Source: Tubiluchus corallicola (lineage: Eukaryota > Animalia > Priapulida). Taken from it: 64,000 bases of DNA. Positions 60,614 through 64,000 of this stretch are shown here, one piece after another. Both the position numbers and the translations under genes were made by a program. The notes beneath the pieces were generated by a model. That model worked only from the letters and a program-made list of their open reading frames with translations, ran no database searches and was not told the origin of the DNA. The DNA is taken from NCBI GenBank assembly GCA_030141605.1, contig JAQGDQ010000411.1, positions 142,832 through 206,831 on the forward strand, given 5' to 3'. Each line of letters opens with the position of its first letter. The stretch's first letter is position 1.

Positions 60614-61679
60614 CTACAGAACAAAACAGTCGTGAAATATCAAATAATTTCTGATTGGTGATGGGAAAACGAGTTCTTAAAATGAAAATAACAGTCAGCA
60701 ACCACTTAAGCAAAGACATGGCTTTTATTAACACACACCGGCAAGGTTTTGTCTAAGTTATGGTCATGTTCATGCAATAATCCACATAAATAAAAACACA
60801 GTGTTCAAAAATGATAAAAATCAACATTTTGAGAAGCAGATAAGACAAATACAAATTGTAAACTTACATACTGTGTGATACAAAGTCAAAAAACAGAAGA
60901 GAATAAAGTTATGTTACTCCTAACTTATGCCTGTGGATGGTAATAAGGGAAACCTTTGCACCAAATATCAGCAACACTGCAAACGTGCAGCTACAAAGAT
61001 CAGTTCAATATAATTCCAAAGTCAGACAAGAAACTTGATCATTAAGCTCTAAGAGTAAAGTTAAGTGTGTAAAAGAAGGATTTTTTCGTACGCTTCACCA
61101 CACTGGAAGCCGAAATTGAGTATTCAATGTACTACAATGTTGCCTTGTTCAATGTTTGCGGCAAAACCGAAGCCTAACTCATTATCATCGCTACCCCCCA
61201 CCATAAATGAGCCACTGAACCAGCATAAGTGTCTCAGCCACATTTGCATTCTCCCCTTGCAAGGTAAACCGCCAGAATCAGTACGGCTAATAAAACCACC
61301 CAGAGAGAGTATTGAAACCGGGTTATCATGAGCGATTCAAGCATAGAACAGGTGCATACTCAGTTAGCAATGGACTTTGAAAGATAGTTGCTTTGAAAGA
61401 TAAATATGAGCAGCTACTGATTTATATTAAAAACACGATAAGAGCAACAAAAAACAGCTATTTTTGACAAATAATTATAGTAATACTGTATTGGTAACAT
61501 ATTAAACACATCTATTGAAATTTATATAGTTTCAGAAAAGAATCTTGAATGCCAACAAATGAGTTATTAAAATTATAAGCGCTACATTAGTTTCAAGAGA
61601 GAGTTCAGGTCTCAAAAGCTTAAGCGGAAATCTGCTTTGGTAAATGTAGCATTTCTTACATGAAACCAAAGCAAGTATA

Positions 61680-62372
61680 CGTAAATCAGTTTGTGCAATC
61701 ACAATATATTGACATTGACACATAAATCAGCTTGTGTGAACATGATAAATTGACACTGTCACGTAAATCAGCTTGTGTGACCACAATAAATTGACATTGT
61801 CACATAAATCAGCTTCTGTGATCACAACAAATTGACATTGACATGCAAATCAGCTTCTGTGATCACAATGAATTGACATTGTTACGTAAATCAGCTTCTG
61901 TGGTCAGAATAAATTGACAACGTTAGAATAAAGCAGCTTCTGTGATCACAATAAATTGACATTGTTATGTAAATCAGCTTCTGTGATCACAATAAATTGA
62001 CATTGTGAAAATAAATCTGCTTCTGTGATCACAATAAATTGTCAATGTCATGTAAATCAGCTTCTGTGATCACAATAAATTGATATTGTTATGTAAATAA
62101 GCTTCTGTGATCACAATAAATTGACATTGTTACGTAAATCAGCTTCCGTGATTACAATAAACTGACATTGTTACGCATATCAGCTACTGTGATCACAATA
62201 AATTGACATTGTTATGTAAATAAGCTACTGTGAACATAATAAATTGACACTGTCACGTAAATCAGCTTCTGTGATCACAATAAATTGATACTGTCATGTA
62301 AATCAGCTTCTGTGATCACAAGAAACTGACATTGTTACAAAACCAGCTTCTGTGACCAAAATAAATTGACAT
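61680..62372. repeat. 41-bp intronic minisatellite, ~17 copies
   Basis: AAATCAGCTTCTGTGATCACAATAAATTGACATTGTTACGT. Confidence 0.94.
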
Positions 62373-63377
62373 GATAATTAAAATCCATGTAGCAGAAAAA
62401 ATTTAGGACTAGTAAAGATATAAATCAGACATATGTGATTTCTTGCAACATGCACTTACATGAACAAAGTTGTATCGAATGTTTAAAAAAGTACGAGCAT
62501 AGTTGTAGAATTCAAAAATAGCAGAAGTAAACCACATTAACATTTGTAAATTTAATAAAACTAATGCCGACTGGCAATACAGTCTCGCTAAAAATCCAAA
62601 ACTTATGATAAAGAAACTTGGGATGCAGAAATGACACATTTGCATAATGTCTAAAACTTATTGCAAAAAAGCGCCGAGCTGCTAAAAAAATGTTGTAAAA
62701 GCATGTGAACGCACCGTAATGAACTTGTAAAGCTTGTTCACACAAACATGATGACATTAGTACAGATATAAGAAAATCATGACAATCACCATTCAGTCGT
62801 GTTGACAATGTAGTACAGTCTCTACAGTTTGATACTAAATCATTTGACCTGTGAATGTTCTGTATCTTAAAGCGCTGGGCACATTTCTTATGGCAACGGA
62901 GCAATTACCACACTGCAATGTTGCCGTATTGTGTTATAATCGCAACCGTTACCATCTGACATGCTTGAACAAGTCTTAACAAGCCAGTGGCAAGTACCAA
63001 CTTGTATAAAGATAAACACTGACACACATATGTGAACGAATCCAGGTAAAAAAGATACACATAAAAAAGTCACGGGAAAAAGTCACACAGAAAAACTCGC
63101 AGGAAAAAAGAAATAATCCTAACCCTGACTCTAACCCCTAACCCTAATCCTAATGCTCACCATAGCCAAAATTAGACTTTTTCCGGTGATTATTTCAAGG
63201 TAACTTTACTACCGGTCACCACGGTTAACAGATACAGATAAACTGACTCTGTTATTGCATTTATACGACATTCTGACCTTGTGAAATTATTTATTATTCA
63301 TTCACTTTTTTATTCAGATAATTTTTTATTCGAACAATTGCGTTAATTACGTAACAATACTTTAAAATTCCTTAATA

Positions 63378-63757
63378 AGCCTTTTCATGGTTCTCACAAT
63401 TGATGATGATCATGAAAAGGTCAAAGGTTAAGCATACTAGACAACACATTTGTGTACACTTGACAACGCCTCACAGCCCATGCTATTGTAATAGTAGCAG
63501 TTTTAACAGCTAGCTAGAACCTTACCTAGTTCATTTTCTTCGTGTTCCCAAACAAGATCCTGCTAGTAAATCACTCTACGGACAGACTAATGTGTAATTA
63601 AGTGAAGCTTACGTTAAACAACTGCAGTTACTGAACTGGTGCAGCAGACGGCTTCGCTTTACCCAGGGTTATAGTTAAGATGCTTTGCTGTTGTATGCTT
63701 AAAATTTTGGCTTACAGCAACAACTGCTCGTGCGCACAACGAAACTGTGAAAAGGCT
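63378..63757. mobile_element. MITE family A, copy 4
   Basis: TA|AGCCTTTTCATGGTT ... AACTGTGAAAAGGCT|TA. Confidence 0.78.
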
Positions 63758-64000
63758 TACTGACAACCATCCTATTTGGAACATGCAAAGTACTATATGT
63801 ACAATCATAAAGTACAATGGCATTTGTCACTATTAAGGCACAAGTACGTCGGAAATGTTCCCAGTTTTTTTCATACTTTTCTAATGTAATAATTTCGGCA
63901 AACAGGTAAACTTATATGAAAAGAACGATGAAAGTGATAAAACCATTAAAATTTCAGGCTGTCTGTCTGTCTGTCTGTTACCAGAAATGAATTAACAATT

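Noticed and set aside
63115-63155. Telomere-like CCCTAA repeats
   Set aside because: Only ~5 degenerate units between short inverted motifs (GGAAAAAGTC / GACTTTTTCC); looks like part of a small interspersed element, not a chromosome end.

Overview
AT-rich animal (invertebrate-like) genomic DNA with spliceosomal introns. Left: most of a voltage-gated calcium channel beta subunit gene (CACNB-like, + strand, recognisable coding exons 7225-25077; first exon not found), with two extra candidate HOOK-region exons and a 76-bp tandem array made from an exon end plus its splice donor. Right: the last three exons (endostatin domain) of a collagen XV/XVIII (multiplexin) gene on the - strand. Between them are a decayed Ty3/Gypsy retrotransposon (about 36.4-41.2 kb) and the most unusual feature: three related small spliced gene units (35.7-48.1 kb). 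Two of these form near-identical ~3.4-kb tandem repeats that differ almost only in a sharply bounded ~735-bp promoter + first-exon cassette. The rest is MITEs, LINE and mariner relics and about 20 locus-specific tandem arrays, which explain most ORFs in the supplied track. All alignments, copy numbers and splice calls were made by eye; no transcript evidence is available.
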